Source: a virus (Duplodnaviria > Caudoviricetes). From it: DNA of 64,000 nucleotides. A program made the position numbers and the translations under genes. Below are positions 1-9,902 of the stretch, piece by piece. The notes under the pieces are model-generated. The model did no database searches. It saw only the letters and a list, made by a program, of their open reading frames with translations, and was not told the origin of the DNA. The stretch lies in IMG/VR virus record IMGVR_UViG_3300042914_002678, one strand, 5' to 3'. Position 1 is the first letter of the stretch; each line of letters begins with the position of its first letter.

Positions 1-2
1 TT

Positions 3-188
3 ATAAATAGTCTGAGGAAAAAGAAGAGATTTTCTCCCTGGCTCCGACAAGATAAAATCAAAGACCTTGATTATGTTAAACGTTACTATGGTTATAGTAA
101 TGAGAAGGCAAAGCAAGCTTTGAGGATTCTAACAAAAGAACAACTTACTTTTATAAAATCGAAATTTGAAACTGGAGGAACAAAATGA
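3..188 (+). CDS. gp62: Clamp loader small subunit, C-terminal part (5' truncated by window edge)
   Basis: Frame from nt 3 reads INSLRKKKRFSPWLRQDKIKDLDYVKRYYGYSNEKAKQALRILTKEQL, typical of the T4-like gp62 C-terminus; ATGA overlap with regA. Confidence 0.9.
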   Translation: MNSLRKKKRFSPWLRQDKIKDLDYVKRYYGYSNEKAKQALRILTKEQLTFIKSKFETGGTK

Positions 189-625
189 GTGTCGTTCAAG
201 AACCTGAAGTGAAGTGGACGCCCGATCAAATGGTTGAAGTGGTTCTTAATGAACCAGACGACTTTTTGAAGGTACGCGAAACTTTGACTCGTATCGGAGT
301 CGCATCACGAAAGGAAAAGAAAATCTATCAGTCTTGCCATATTCTTCACAAGCAAGGTAGATATTATCTCGTTCACTTTAAGGAACTGTTTGCTCTTGAT
401 GGCAAACATGCAAACCTGACTGTGAACGATGTGCAACGTCGTAATCGTATTGCCCAACTTCTTGCAGATTGGGGTTTGATTGCAATTGTTGACTTAACTA
501 AGATTCAAGATATTGCTCCATTGAACCAAATTAAAGTTCTTGCCTATAAGGATAAAGGAGAATGGATTTTAGAAACCAAGTATAATATTGGATCTAAAAA
601 GAAAAAGGTAGAGGATGCCGAATGA
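185..625 (+). CDS. regA: Translational repressor RegA
   Basis: PDDFLKVRETLTRIGVASRKEKKIYQSCHILHKQGRYYLVHFKELFALDG signature; T4 gene order 62-regA. Confidence 0.97.
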   Translation: MSVVQEPEVKWTPDQMVEVVLNEPDDFLKVRETLTRIGVASRKEKKIYQSCHILHKQGRYYLVHFKELFALDGKHANLTVNDVQRRNRIAQLLADWGLIAIVDLTKIQDIAPLNQIKVLAYKDKGEWILETKYNIGSKKKKVEDAE

Positions 626-629
626 AAAA

Positions 630-655
630 GAGCGGGTTTTACACCCGCCTTTTTT
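630..655 (+). terminator. Intrinsic terminator after regA
   Basis: GCGGGT/ACCCGC stem followed by a T run. Confidence 0.7.
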
Positions 656-732
656 GTAAGAGGTATTATAATTATATACGGATGCCGAAAGGGTCCACAA
701 AACACAACCTCGCTTTTAAAGGAGCTACCATA

Positions 733-1173
733 ATGACTAACCTTGCAACATCACGGTTTACTGCGTCCGATCTTCCTGCTTTGATGGAAAGAATCACTCG
801 CAATAGTATTGGAATGGATGAATACTTTGATCGTATTTTCCATCTGCATGAAACTACCACCAATTACCCCCCTTACAATCTAGTTCAAGTTAGTAACGTA
901 GAATCACGTCTTGAACTTGCTCTTGCTGGATTTAAGAAGAAAGAAGTTTATGTCTACACACAAGACGGAAAACTTTTTGTGGAGGGTCAAAAAGAAGATA
1001 AAGAAACGGAGTCCAACTATATCCATAAGGGTTTGGCTCAACGGAGTTTTAAGAGAGCATGGACACTCTCTGATGATACGGAAGTACGATCAGTTGATTT
1101 TGAGGATGGGCTTTTGACTGTTACTCTTGGTAGAATTGTTCCAGATCATCATAAGCGTAAAGATTACCTATAA
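733..1173 (+). CDS. hsp20: Small heat shock protein Hsp20/IbpA family
   Basis: NYPPYN...LELALAGF...YIHKGLAQRSFKRAWTL...DGLL alpha-crystallin motifs; start moved to ATG 733 behind the AAGGAG SD. Confidence 0.95.
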   Translation: MTNLATSRFTASDLPALMERITRNSIGMDEYFDRIFHLHETTTNYPPYNLVQVSNVESRLELALAGFKKKEVYVYTQDGKLFVEGQKEDKETESNYIHKGLAQRSFKRAWTLSDDTEVRSVDFEDGLLTVTLGRIVPDHHKRKDYL

Positions 1174-1208
1174 ATAATAATACCTGATTTGACCGCAATC
1201 TGTCAGGA

Positions 1209-1232
1209 GGAGGGTGAAAATCCCTCCTTTTT
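1209..1232 (+). terminator. Intrinsic terminator after hsp20
   Basis: GGAGGG/CCCTCC stem plus T run. Confidence 0.7.
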
Positions 1233-1234
1233 AT

Positions 1235-1242
1235 TATAAATA
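1235..1242 (+). promoter_or_regulatory. T4-type late promoter
   Basis: TATAAATA just upstream of the HNH gene. Confidence 0.7.
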
Positions 1243-1266
1243 CATATGCGGTCAAATTGGAGTAGA

Positions 1267-1881
1267 ATGAATTACCTAAAGGTTTATTGTAACCTTATCA
1301 GGAAAGCAGAAAATAGAACTCCTCCTGAAGGTTATGTTGAAAAGCATCACATATTTCCTAAAAGTATTTTTGGTAAAAATGATAGAGTTGTAATTCTCAC
1401 AGGGAGAGAACATTACATCGCTCACCTTCTTCTTCAAAAAATATGTGAGAAAAGATACGGAATAAGACATAGAAGCACGCAGAAGATGTTGTGTGCCCAT
1501 ATCAATATGAAATCAAAAGGAAGATATTGTAATTCATATTTGTATGAAAACGCAAGGGTAAAGAGAAGTGAAAGTATGAGAGGAGAACTTCACTGGAACT
1601 GGAAAGGTGGTGCTGTTAGGAAGTATAATTGTAAAAATAATAAAAAGTATAATAAAATAAACTATTACAATAAAAAAGAAAAATTTAATATAAATGATAA
1701 TTATAAAAGATATGAATATGAGTTAAAACATTCTTCTGGATTAATTGTTATGACTAAAAGTATGAGAAAGACCTGTGAAGAGTATGGATTAGATCATAGA
1801 ACTATGAATAAAATTATAAAGGGACAAAGAAAATCTCATAAAGGTTGGACTTGTAAAGAGGTGAAAGAATTGTCTATATAG
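1267..1881 (+). mobile_element. Free-standing HNH homing endonuclease (Mob-like) with C-terminal DNA-binding domain
   Basis: MNYLKVYCNLI...YVEKHHIFPKS...N...V.LTGREHYIAHLLL HNH motif; C-terminal CEEYGLD...KGQRKSHKGW; AT-rich insertion between core genes. Confidence 0.85.
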
Positions 1882-1898
1882 TCTGTATCGTCGGCGCA

Positions 1899-1952
1899 TG
1901 AGGAGCACCTGGCAAAATCCAGGTTGACTCCTCCTTTTTTTCTTGCTATAAT
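1899..1952 (+). promoter_or_regulatory. Terminator-like hairpin fused with a sigma70 promoter
   Basis: GAGGAG..CCTGG/CCAGG..CTCCTC hairpin plus T run; TTGACT(1924)-17 nt-TATAAT(1947). Confidence 0.8.
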
Positions 1953-1975
1953 AGTCTGAAGAGATCAATGAAAAA

Positions 1976-2308
1976 ATGACAATTAAACTGGCGTTATTAA
2001 AATCTGGAGAAACACTAATTTCGGAAATAAAGGAACTTGTATCGGAAGATTCGGAAGGTTCTGGTAATAATCAAGTTTATGGATATATTTTCACAAATCC
2101 CGAGAAAGTTATCACACAAACTCCAATATTAGTATCTGAAAATACTAAGGAAGATCAATCTTCCGTTCAAGTATCTCTTTCTCCTTGGATTATCCTATCA
2201 AAGGATAAAGATATATTAGTTTCTAAAAATTGGGTAATTACATTTGTAGAACCAATAGAATCATTAAAAGTCATGTATGAGGAAAAAGTAAATGGAAGCA
2301 ACAATTAA
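1976..2308 (+). CDS. Hypothetical protein preceding DNA polymerase (Sm-like fold possible)
   Basis: ORF with LLKSGETLISEI and LSPWI motifs, typical of this locus in T4-like cyanophages. Confidence 0.75.
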   Translation: MTIKLALLKSGETLISEIKELVSEDSEGSGNNQVYGYIFTNPEKVITQTPILVSENTKEDQSSVQVSLSPWIILSKDKDILVSKNWVITFVEPIESLKVMYEEKVNGSNN

Positions 2309-2561
2309 ATGTATTGTATTTCGTAATGATACAGTAGTAATAACACAAATTGAAGAAATTGATGTTGAGCTTGGAGAACCTAACTGCAAATTAATTAAAC
2401 CTTGTAAAATAACTAAAGAAATTACTGGTGAATGTTATTTAACTAGTTGGTTGTCTGATTATACAACTCAAGATACTTTTATGATTCATTCTGATAGTAT
2501 TCTAACTATTACTAGTCCAAATTCCAATCTTATTAAAAAATATATTGATATCATTTCCTGA
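2292..2561 (+). CDS. Hypothetical protein, similar in character to the preceding gene
   Basis: Overlaps the previous gene; TGATG coupling to gp43. Confidence 0.7.
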   Translation: MEATIKCIVFRNDTVVITQIEEIDVELGEPNCKLIKPCKITKEITGECYLTSWLSDYTTQDTFMIHSDSILTITSPNSNLIKKYIDIIS

Positions 2562-5062
2562 TGCGATTTTATACTAACGTTCAAATGGTCGGGGATCACT
2601 TCTTGGTCCGTGGTTATGAAGGTGGAAAACACTTTATGACCCGCGAGAAGTTTAACCCGACTCTTTTTGTCCCTGCCAATAAAAAAACAAAATATCAAAC
2701 TTTAAATGGTGAATATGTAGAATCAGTTCAACCTGGATCTGTTCGTGACTGTAGGGAGTTCGTTAAAAAGTATGAGAATGTAGAAAACTTCAAAATCTTC
2801 GGAAATACACAATACATTTATCAGTATATTTCTGACATTTATCCAGAAGAGGAACTGAAGTTTGATATCAGTAAGATTAAAGTAACAACAATTGATATTG
2901 AGGTTGCTTCTGAAAATGGATTCCCTGATGTAGAATCTGCTGCTGAAGAAGTTCTTTTGATTACCGTTCAAGATTATTCTTCAAAACAAATTCACACTTG
3001 GGGGAAGGGTCCCTTTCAAAACAAACAGAAGAATGTAAACTATCATTCATTCTCAAGTGAGTATGATCTCTTAACCGATTTCATTAATTGGTGGATGATT
3101 GAATCGAATACACCTGAAGTTGTGACTGGTTGGAATAGTAAACTATATGATATTCCTTATCTTGTTCGTAGAATTGATAGAGTTCTTGGTGAAAAGTTAA
3201 TGAAACGAATTTCTCCTTGGGGACTTGTAACTGAAACTGAAACTTATATCTCTGGACGTAGGCATCTTTGTTATGATATTGGAGGAATTTCACAGTTAGA
3301 CTATCTTGATCTTTATAAGAAATTTACTTATAAGGCACAGGAATCTTATCGTCTGGATTATATTGCAGAAGTTGAACTTAAGCAAAAGAAATTAGATCAC
3401 TCCGAGTTTGATACGTTCAAAGACTTCTACACTAAAGGTTGGCAAAAGTTTGTAGAATACAACATCAAGGACGTGGAACTTGTTGACCGTTTGGAAGACA
3501 AGATGAAACTGATTGAACTTGCGCTTACCATGGCATATGACGCCAAGGCAAACTATGAGGATGTATTTTCTCAAGTTCGCATGTGGGATACAATCATTTA
3601 CAACTATCTGAAGAAAAGGAATATTGTTATTCCTCCTAAAGAGCGTTCTGATAAAGACACCAAGTATGAAGGTGCTTATGTAAAAGAACCAATTCCTGGA
3701 ATGTATGATTGGGTAGTGAGTTTTGACCTTAACTCACTATATCCACACTTGATTATGCAATACAACATTAGTCCTGAAACTTTGGTTGAAGAAAAACATC
3801 CATCAGTTAATGTGGATAAAATCCTCAATCAAACTATCAATTTTGAGATGTACAAGGATTATGCCGTATGTGCCAACGGTGCGATGTATCGTAAGGATGT
3901 TCGTGGATTTCTTCCAGAATTGATGGAAAAGATCTATAATGAACGTGTAATTTTTAAAAAGAAAATGCTTGCGGCAGAGCAAGAATACGAAAAGACCAAG
4001 AACAAGGAGTTAGTTAAGGAGATTGCTCGTTGCAATAACATTCAGATGGCACGAAAGATTCAATTGAACTCTGCCTATGGTGCTATTGGTAATCAGTATT
4101 TTCGTTATTTTAAGCTTGCAAATGCCGAAGCAATTACTTTGTCTGGTCAAGTTTCAATTAACTGGATCATGAATAAGGTAAATGCTTATCTAAACAAAAT
4201 TCTTAAGAGTACAGATGTTGATTACGTTATTGCTTCGGATACTGATTCTCTTTACGTTAATATGGGTCCTTTGGTTGAGAGTGTATACAAAGGAAGAAAG
4301 AAAACTACTCAAAGCGTTGTTTCGTTCCTTGATAAGGTCTGTCAAGTGGAATTTGAAAAGTATATTGAAAGTTCTTACCAAGAATTGGCGGAATACGTAA
4401 ATGCTTATGAGCAGAAAATGATCATGAAGCGGGAATGTATCGCTGAACGTGGAATCTGGACTGCAAAGAAACGATATATTTTGAGTGTTTGGGATAGTGA
4501 AGGTGTTCGTTATGAAGAATCCAAACTCAAGATCAAAGGGATTGAAGCAATTAAATCTTCTACACCTGCCCCTTGTCGTAAGATGTTGAAAGAATCTTTT
4601 AATATCTTAATGAGTGGTACTGAAGATGATATGATTAAGTTTATTGATCAGTGTCGTGAGGAGTTTAAATCCCTTCCCCCAGAACAAATTGCATTTCCTA
4701 GAACTGCATCTGATGTTCGTAAGTATCATTCTTCTTCCAATATTTACGCACCTAAAACTCCGATTCAAGTTCGTGGTGCATTACTGTTCAATCATTATAT
4801 AAAACAGAAAAATCTTACCAATAAGTATTCTCTGATTAATAATGGTGAAAAAGTTAAGTTTTTATTTTTGAAAAAACCAAATATTATTCGGGAAAATGTG
4901 ATCTCTTTTATTCAACAGTTTCCTACCGAACTTGGTCTTGACAAATATATTGACTATGAACTACAATTTGAGAAAGCATTCTTGGATCCACTTAAAACAA
5001 TTCTCAATATTATTGGGTGGAAAGAAGAAAAAACTGTAAACCTTGAATCATTTTTTTCTTAA
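2561..5062 (+). CDS. gp43: Family B DNA polymerase
   Basis: Exonuclease DIEV and GWN..YD motifs, SFDLNSLYPH, K..LNS.YG, ASDTDS. Confidence 0.99.
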   Translation: MRFYTNVQMVGDHFLVRGYEGGKHFMTREKFNPTLFVPANKKTKYQTLNGEYVESVQPGSVRDCREFVKKYENVENFKIFGNTQYIYQYISDIYPEEELKFDISKIKVTTIDIEVASENGFPDVESAAEEVLLITVQDYSSKQIHTWGKGPFQNKQKNVNYHSFSSEYDLLTDFINWWMIESNTPEVVTGWNSKLYDIPYLVRRIDRVLGEKLMKRISPWGLVTETETYISGRRHLCYDIGGISQLDYLDLYKKFTYKAQESYRLDYIAEVELKQKKLDHSEFDTFKDFYTKGWQKFVEYNIKDVELVDRLEDKMKLIELALTMAYDAKANYEDVFSQVRMWDTIIYNYLKKRNIVIPPKERSDKDTKYEGAYVKEPIPGMYDWVVSFDLNSLYPHLIMQYNISPETLVEEKHPSVNVDKILNQTINFEMYKDYAVCANGAMYRKDVRGFLPELMEKIYNERVIFKKKMLAAEQEYEKTKNKELVKEIARCNNIQMARKIQLNSAYGAIGNQYFRYFKLANAEAITLSGQVSINWIMNKVNAYLNKILKSTDVDYVIASDTDSLYVNMGPLVESVYKGRKKTTQSVVSFLDKVCQVEFEKYIESSYQELAEYVNAYEQKMIMKRECIAERGIWTAKKRYILSVWDSEGVRYEESKLKIKGIEAIKSSTPAPCRKMLKESFNILMSGTEDDMIKFIDQCREEFKSLPPEQIAFPRTASDVRKYHSSSNIYAPKTPIQVRGALLFNHYIKQKNLTNKYSLINNGEKVKFLFLKKPNIIRENVISFIQQFPTELGLDKYIDYELQFEKAFLDPLKTILNIIGWKEEKTVNLESFFS

Positions 5063-5187
5063 TGAATTTGCCTATAAATGAAAAAGAGTTGGATGATATA
5101 ATTAAAATATTGGAAACTCGTAATCCACCACTTTATGCCAAGTTGTGGTCACATAAATTAAATAAATTAAAGGGGGAAAAAAATTAA
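5062..5187 (+). CDS. Small hypothetical protein (41 aa, not in ORF track)
   Basis: MNLPINEKELDDIIKILETRNPPLYAKLWSHK...; TAATG-coupled at both ends. Confidence 0.6.
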   Translation: MNLPINEKELDDIIKILETRNPPLYAKLWSHKLNKLKGEKN

Positions 5188-6191
5188 TGGATTTTCTTAA
5201 AGATATCGTAAAAGAAATTGGTGGTGAGTATACACAACTTGCTTCCGACATTGATGAGACTGAAACTTATGTTGACACAGGTTCGTACATTTTTAATGCA
5301 CTGGTTTCAGGTAGCATATTTGGCGGTGTATCTGGCAACAAGATTACTGCTATTGCTGGAGAGTCTAGTACTGGAAAAACTTTCTTCAGCCTCGCCGTTG
5401 TTAAGAATTTTCTTGATACCAATCCCGATGGTTATTGCCTCTACTTTGATACTGAAGCTGCTATTACCAAATCTCTCTTAGAATCCCGTGGAATTGATAC
5501 TTCTCGTCTTGTGGTTGTTAATGTGGTTACTGTTGAAGAGTTTCGTGGAACTGCGCTCAAAGCAGTAGATATGTATATGAAAAAACCAGAAGCAGAACGA
5601 AAACCCTGCATTTTTGTGCTAGACTCTTTGGGAATGCTTTCAACGAGTAAGGAGATTAATGATGCTCTGAATGATAAAGAAGTTCGGGACATGACCAAAT
5701 CACAACTGATTAAAGGTGCATTCCGTATGCTTACCTTGAAACTTGGTCAAGCGAAAATTCCAATGATTGTAACCAATCACACTTATGATGTTATCGGTGC
5801 TTATGTTCCTACTAAGGAGATGGGGGGTGGTAGTGGTCTTAAGTATGCCGCTTCTACTATCATATATCTTAGTAAGAAAAAAGAAAAAGATGGAACTGAA
5901 GTTATTGGAAACATTATTAAGGCAAAGACTGCTAAGTCGCGTTTGAGCAAAGAAAACAAAGATGTAGAAGTTCGATTATTTTATGATGAACGAGGTCTTG
6001 ATCGATATTATGGATTACTTGAACTTGGTGAAATCGCAGGAATGTGGAAAAATGTCGCTGGTCGATATGAGATCAACGGCAAGAAAATTTATGGTAAAGA
6101 AATTTTAAAGAATCCTGATCAGTATTTTACCGAAGAAGTAATGCAGCAACTTGATGCTGCCGCTAAACTACAATTTTCTTATGGGACATAA
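5187..6191 (+). CDS. uvsX: RecA-like recombinase UvsX
   Basis: Walker A GESSTGKT, YFDTE, LDSLG, MGGGSG motifs. Confidence 0.97.
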   Translation: MDFLKDIVKEIGGEYTQLASDIDETETYVDTGSYIFNALVSGSIFGGVSGNKITAIAGESSTGKTFFSLAVVKNFLDTNPDGYCLYFDTEAAITKSLLESRGIDTSRLVVVNVVTVEEFRGTALKAVDMYMKKPEAERKPCIFVLDSLGMLSTSKEINDALNDKEVRDMTKSQLIKGAFRMLTLKLGQAKIPMIVTNHTYDVIGAYVPTKEMGGGSGLKYAASTIIYLSKKKEKDGTEVIGNIIKAKTAKSRLSKENKDVEVRLFYDERGLDRYYGLLELGEIAGMWKNVAGRYEINGKKIYGKEILKNPDQYFTEEVMQQLDAAAKLQFSYGT

Positions 6192-7128
6192 AGTGCATAA
6201 TATAGTAGATTGCTTTCCATACTTTAATGAAAAGGAATTATTAGAATTGAGAATTAATCTCTTAAAAGATTATGTAGATAAATTTGTCATAGTTGACGCT
6301 AATTATACTCATAGTGGTAATAAAAAAGAGTATACTTTAAAAAAAACAATATCAGAATTAAAATTACCATCTGAAAAAATAGAAGTAATAGAAGTAGACT
6401 TATCTGAAGAATGTTTGCCAGATTGTGATTTTTACGATGAACATTTTTTAAATACAAGTCAAAAAACTTCAAGAGAAAGATTTCAAAGAGACGTAATATC
6501 TAAATGTTTAGATACAAATAATTTTTCAGAAGAAACTATTTTTATAATTAGTGATTGTGATGAAATTATAAATCCAAAATATATTGATACTTACAAAAAA
6601 GCATGTTATGATAATCCTCAGTTCATTTTTAAAGCAGATTTAGTATATTTGGAAGGTAAGTGTAATTGCAGGTTATATTGTTCAGATTCTCCGGATATTC
6701 CCGCTGAGTGGAGATATTCATTATTTTTCTGCAATAAGAATCAACTTAAAAATATGAGTTTAAGTGCGATTCGTGGTGGTGTATACGATTATCTTATTAG
6801 GTGGGTTTATTCTGGTGATGATAGAATTAAAGACGTTGGTTGGCATTTTTCTTGGATGGGATCAAATCAAAATAGAATATTAAAGTCAAAATCTTTTTGC
6901 CATTATAATCAGGAAATCGATACTTTAAAATATAGTAACTATTCAAACGTTGAAATGGAAAACTTTTTGTTAGAATATAATTTTAGTGAAGGTGAAATAT
7001 GCCCTAGTGGAAATATTGGTATGATTATCAAACAATATCCACTAGAAAATTTACCTCAGATTATATTTGATCTTCCCAGAGTTAAACAATTTCTCTTACC
7101 CCAACTAGCATATAATGGAACGAATTGA
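6181..7128 (+). CDS. Glycosyltransferase, GT17-like
   Basis: DCFPYFNEKELLELRINLL..YVDKFVIV...THSG, E..QRD, ISDCDEI and GWHFSW motifs typical of GT17-like proteins. Confidence 0.8.
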   Translation: MGHKVHNIVDCFPYFNEKELLELRINLLKDYVDKFVIVDANYTHSGNKKEYTLKKTISELKLPSEKIEVIEVDLSEECLPDCDFYDEHFLNTSQKTSRERFQRDVISKCLDTNNFSEETIFIISDCDEIINPKYIDTYKKACYDNPQFIFKADLVYLEGKCNCRLYCSDSPDIPAEWRYSLFFCNKNQLKNMSLSAIRGGVYDYLIRWVYSGDDRIKDVGWHFSWMGSNQNRILKSKSFCHYNQEIDTLKYSNYSNVEMENFLLEYNFSEGEICPSGNIGMIIKQYPLENLPQIIFDLPRVKQFLLPQLAYNGTN

Positions 7129-8494
7129 GACAACTATTCTCAGAAATTTAGTATTTAATGAAGATTACTCACGCAAAGTTATTCCTTTCATACAACCAGA
7201 TTATTTTGAGCAAAAGACCGAAAAGGTCATTTTTGAAGAGATTGTTCAATTCATTGTTAAGTATGGTTCGGCAATCACCATTGAAGCACTCAATATTGAG
7301 GTAGAAAATCGAACTGATTTAACCGAAGATCAGATTAAAGAAATCAGAGATATTAATGGTTCTTTAAATGATAATCTAGTTGATAAGCAATGGTTACTTG
7401 ATACTACCGAAAAGTGGTGTCGTGATCGTGCTATTTACCTGGCACTTATGGAATCTATCCATATTGCCGATGGAAATAATGATAAAAAGAATCGTGATGC
7501 GATTCCAAACATTCTTTCCGATGCTCTTGCAGTATCTTTTGATAATAATATTGGGCACGATTATTTAAATAACTATGAGGAACGATATGAGTTTTACCAC
7601 AGAAAAGAAGACAAAATTGAATTTGATCTCGAATACTTTAACAAAATCACAAAAGGTGGTCTCCCTAACAAAACTCTTAACATCGCTCTTGCTGGTACGG
7701 GCGTCGGGAAAAGTTTATTCATGTGCCATGTGGCTAGCTCCGTCTTGCTCCAAGGACGGAACGTTCTGTACATTACGTTGGAAATGGCAGAAGAACGCAT
7801 TGCTGAAAGAATTGACGCAAACCTTTTGAATGTGCCAATTCAACAATTAATTGATCTTCCGCGTTCAACATTTGAAAATAAAGTAAATGGTATTGTAAAA
7901 AAGACACAGGGATCTTTAATTATTAAGGAATATCCAACCGCTTCTGCACATTCTGGTCACTTCAAGGCACTTCTCAATGAACTTGCTCTTAAGAAATCAT
8001 TTCAACCTGATATTATTTTCATTGATTACCTCAATATTTGTGCTTCCAGTAGGCATAAGGCAAATAGTTCTATCAATTCTTATTCGTACATTAAGTCAAT
8101 TGCAGAAGAGTTACGTGGATTGGCAGTGGAATTCAATGTTCCCATTGTCTCTGCTACCCAGACCACTAGGAGTGGATTTGGTTCATCTGATCCAGAATTA
8201 ACTGATACAAGTGAGTCATTCGGTCTCCCTGCCACTGCTGATCTTATGTTTGCTCTTATTAGCACCGAAGAGTTGGAGCAATTGGGACAGATTATGGTGA
8301 AACAACTGAAAAACCGATATTCTTCAACTGATAAATATAAGAGGTTCGTGTTAGGAATTGATAGAGCAAAAATGCGTCTTTATGATTGTGAGCAAACCGC
8401 TCAGAAGGATATTTTAGATTCTGGTAAAGATAAAGATTTTGTTTATGACGATGAACCAAAAATAAAAAAATCATTTGATGGATTTAAATTCTAA
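7115..8494 (+). CDS. gp41: Replicative DNA helicase
   Basis: LAGTGVGKS Walker A, ITLEM, IFIDYL, ATQTTR, QLKNRY. Confidence 0.98.
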   Translation: MERIETTILRNLVFNEDYSRKVIPFIQPDYFEQKTEKVIFEEIVQFIVKYGSAITIEALNIEVENRTDLTEDQIKEIRDINGSLNDNLVDKQWLLDTTEKWCRDRAIYLALMESIHIADGNNDKKNRDAIPNILSDALAVSFDNNIGHDYLNNYEERYEFYHRKEDKIEFDLEYFNKITKGGLPNKTLNIALAGTGVGKSLFMCHVASSVLLQGRNVLYITLEMAEERIAERIDANLLNVPIQQLIDLPRSTFENKVNGIVKKTQGSLIIKEYPTASAHSGHFKALLNELALKKSFQPDIIFIDYLNICASSRHKANSSINSYSYIKSIAEELRGLAVEFNVPIVSATQTTRSGFGSSDPELTDTSESFGLPATADLMFALISTEELEQLGQIMVKQLKNRYSSTDKYKRFVLGIDRAKMRLYDCEQTAQKDILDSGKDKDFVYDDEPKIKKSFDGFKF

Positions 8495-9213
8495 TGGCAA
8501 TTATTTACTGTATTCATAGTTTATCTACTGGTAAAAAATACATAGGGCAAACTATTGAAAAAATGCAGAGAAGAGTTTTGCGTCATTTTAGAACTATAAA
8601 TGAAACTAAAATTAGCAGGGAAATTCAAAAATATAGTAAATATGATTTTGTTTATGGTGTAGTTGAAGAAATAGAAGATAAAAATTTATTAGATGAAAGA
8701 GAACAATATTGGATAAAATATTATGATTCTATAGATAATGGATTTAATATTAAAGAAGGTGGTAAATGTGCAAGAGGATTTAAACAATCTAAAAGTTCTA
8801 TAGAAAAAAGAAGAAAAAAATTAATTGGAAGACCTTTGAGCGAGGAGCATAAGCAAAAGTTAAGTAAAGCACATAAAGGAAAAGTTTTATCAAGAGAAAC
8901 AGTTGATAAAATGATCGCATATAGAACTGGTAGAAAACTTACTAAAAGTTGTAAAGAAAAAATTTCTCAATCACATTCAAAAAATACTTACGAATTAAAA
9001 AAAGAAGATGGAACTATTTTGGTAATTAAAAATCTAGCAAAATTTTGTAGAGATAACAATTTTTCCCAAAGTTATTTTAGTCGTATTTTGAGAGGAGAAA
9101 GAAAAACTTATAAGGGATGGACTATCAAGATACTTGACAGTGGGCAGGATGATGAGTATAATGATTATGAAGACAAGAAACCTAAAAAATCGTTTGAAGG
9201 ATTTAAATTTTAA
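8494..9213 (+). mobile_element. GIY-YIG (Seg-like) homing endonuclease with NUMOD3-type repeats, fused to a duplicate of the gp41 C-terminus
   Basis: IIYCI...KKYIGQT...R...H, REQYWI...GFN; LSEEHKQKLSKAHKG repeats; last 27 aa resemble the gp41 tail. Confidence 0.9.
9134..9162 (+). promoter_or_regulatory. Consensus sigma70 promoter inside the coding tail, upstream of mazG
   Basis: TTGACA-17 nt-TATAAT. Confidence 0.85.
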
Positions 9214-9629
9214 TGGAAACTGCTAAACACGTTAATTTTGATAAGTATGCTGAGTTTGTGGATGCCGTAACTTCTGACGCATCCAAAGACTTTCTTGCTC
9301 TTTCTGACCGTTTGGTTGAACTGGATGAAAAGGGTGCAAATATTGAACGACTTCTGACTGCCTCTGTTGGCATTAATGCTGAAGGTGGTGAGTTTATGGA
9401 GATTGTGAAGAAAATGATCTTCCAAGGTAAACCCTATAACGAAGACAACCGCGAGCACCTGATTATTGAACTGGGTGATATTATGTGGTACGTTGCTCAG
9501 GCATGTATGGCACTTGGTGTTAGTATTGATGATGTAGTTGCTCGTAATGTACAAAAACTTCTCAAGCGTTATCCTGAAGGTGCGTTTGATGTTTATTTCT
9601 CCGAAAACCGTGCTGCTGATGATCGATGA
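9213..9629 (+). CDS. mazG: MazG-family nucleotide pyrophosphohydrolase
   Basis: EGGEFMEIVKK...ELGDIMWY...N..KL..RYP signature. Confidence 0.95.
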   Translation: METAKHVNFDKYAEFVDAVTSDASKDFLALSDRLVELDEKGANIERLLTASVGINAEGGEFMEIVKKMIFQGKPYNEDNREHLIIELGDIMWYVAQACMALGVSIDDVVARNVQKLLKRYPEGAFDVYFSENRAADDR

Positions 9630-9811
9630 CTAAACAAAAACAAGTGACAATTAAAATGGATCTTTCTACTGCTGGAGCAGTACGTCAAGTTCTTTTTGAT
9701 TCTCAAAAAGGATATAGTGACGAGTATACCCCAGAAAGAATTTTAAATATTCGCACAGTAATTGCGGAAATTGATTGCAATTTTGCTCATATTATGGGTG
9801 TTGATGTGTGA
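9626..9811 (+). CDS. Hypothetical protein
   Basis: ATGA-coupled to mazG. Confidence 0.65.
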   Translation: MTKQKQVTIKMDLSTAGAVRQVLFDSQKGYSDEYTPERILNIRTVIAEIDCNFAHIMGVDV

Positions 9812-9828
9812 CCCTTCGGGGTTTTACT

Positions 9829-9899
9829 GGGGAATTAGTTAAACGGTATAACGGGTGCTTTGCAAGCACTTATTAGGAGTTCGATTCTCCTATTCTCCA
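9829..9899 (+). tRNA. tRNA-Ala(UGC)
   Basis: Cloverleaf, anticodon loop TTTGCAA, G3:U70 Ala identity pair, TTCGATT T-loop; CCA not encoded. Confidence 0.93.
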
Positions 9900-9902
9900 T
9901 TT

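Noticed and set aside
622-732. N-terminal extension of hsp20 from ATG 622
   Set aside because: It runs through a terminator and leader; the SD and family alignment support ATG 733.
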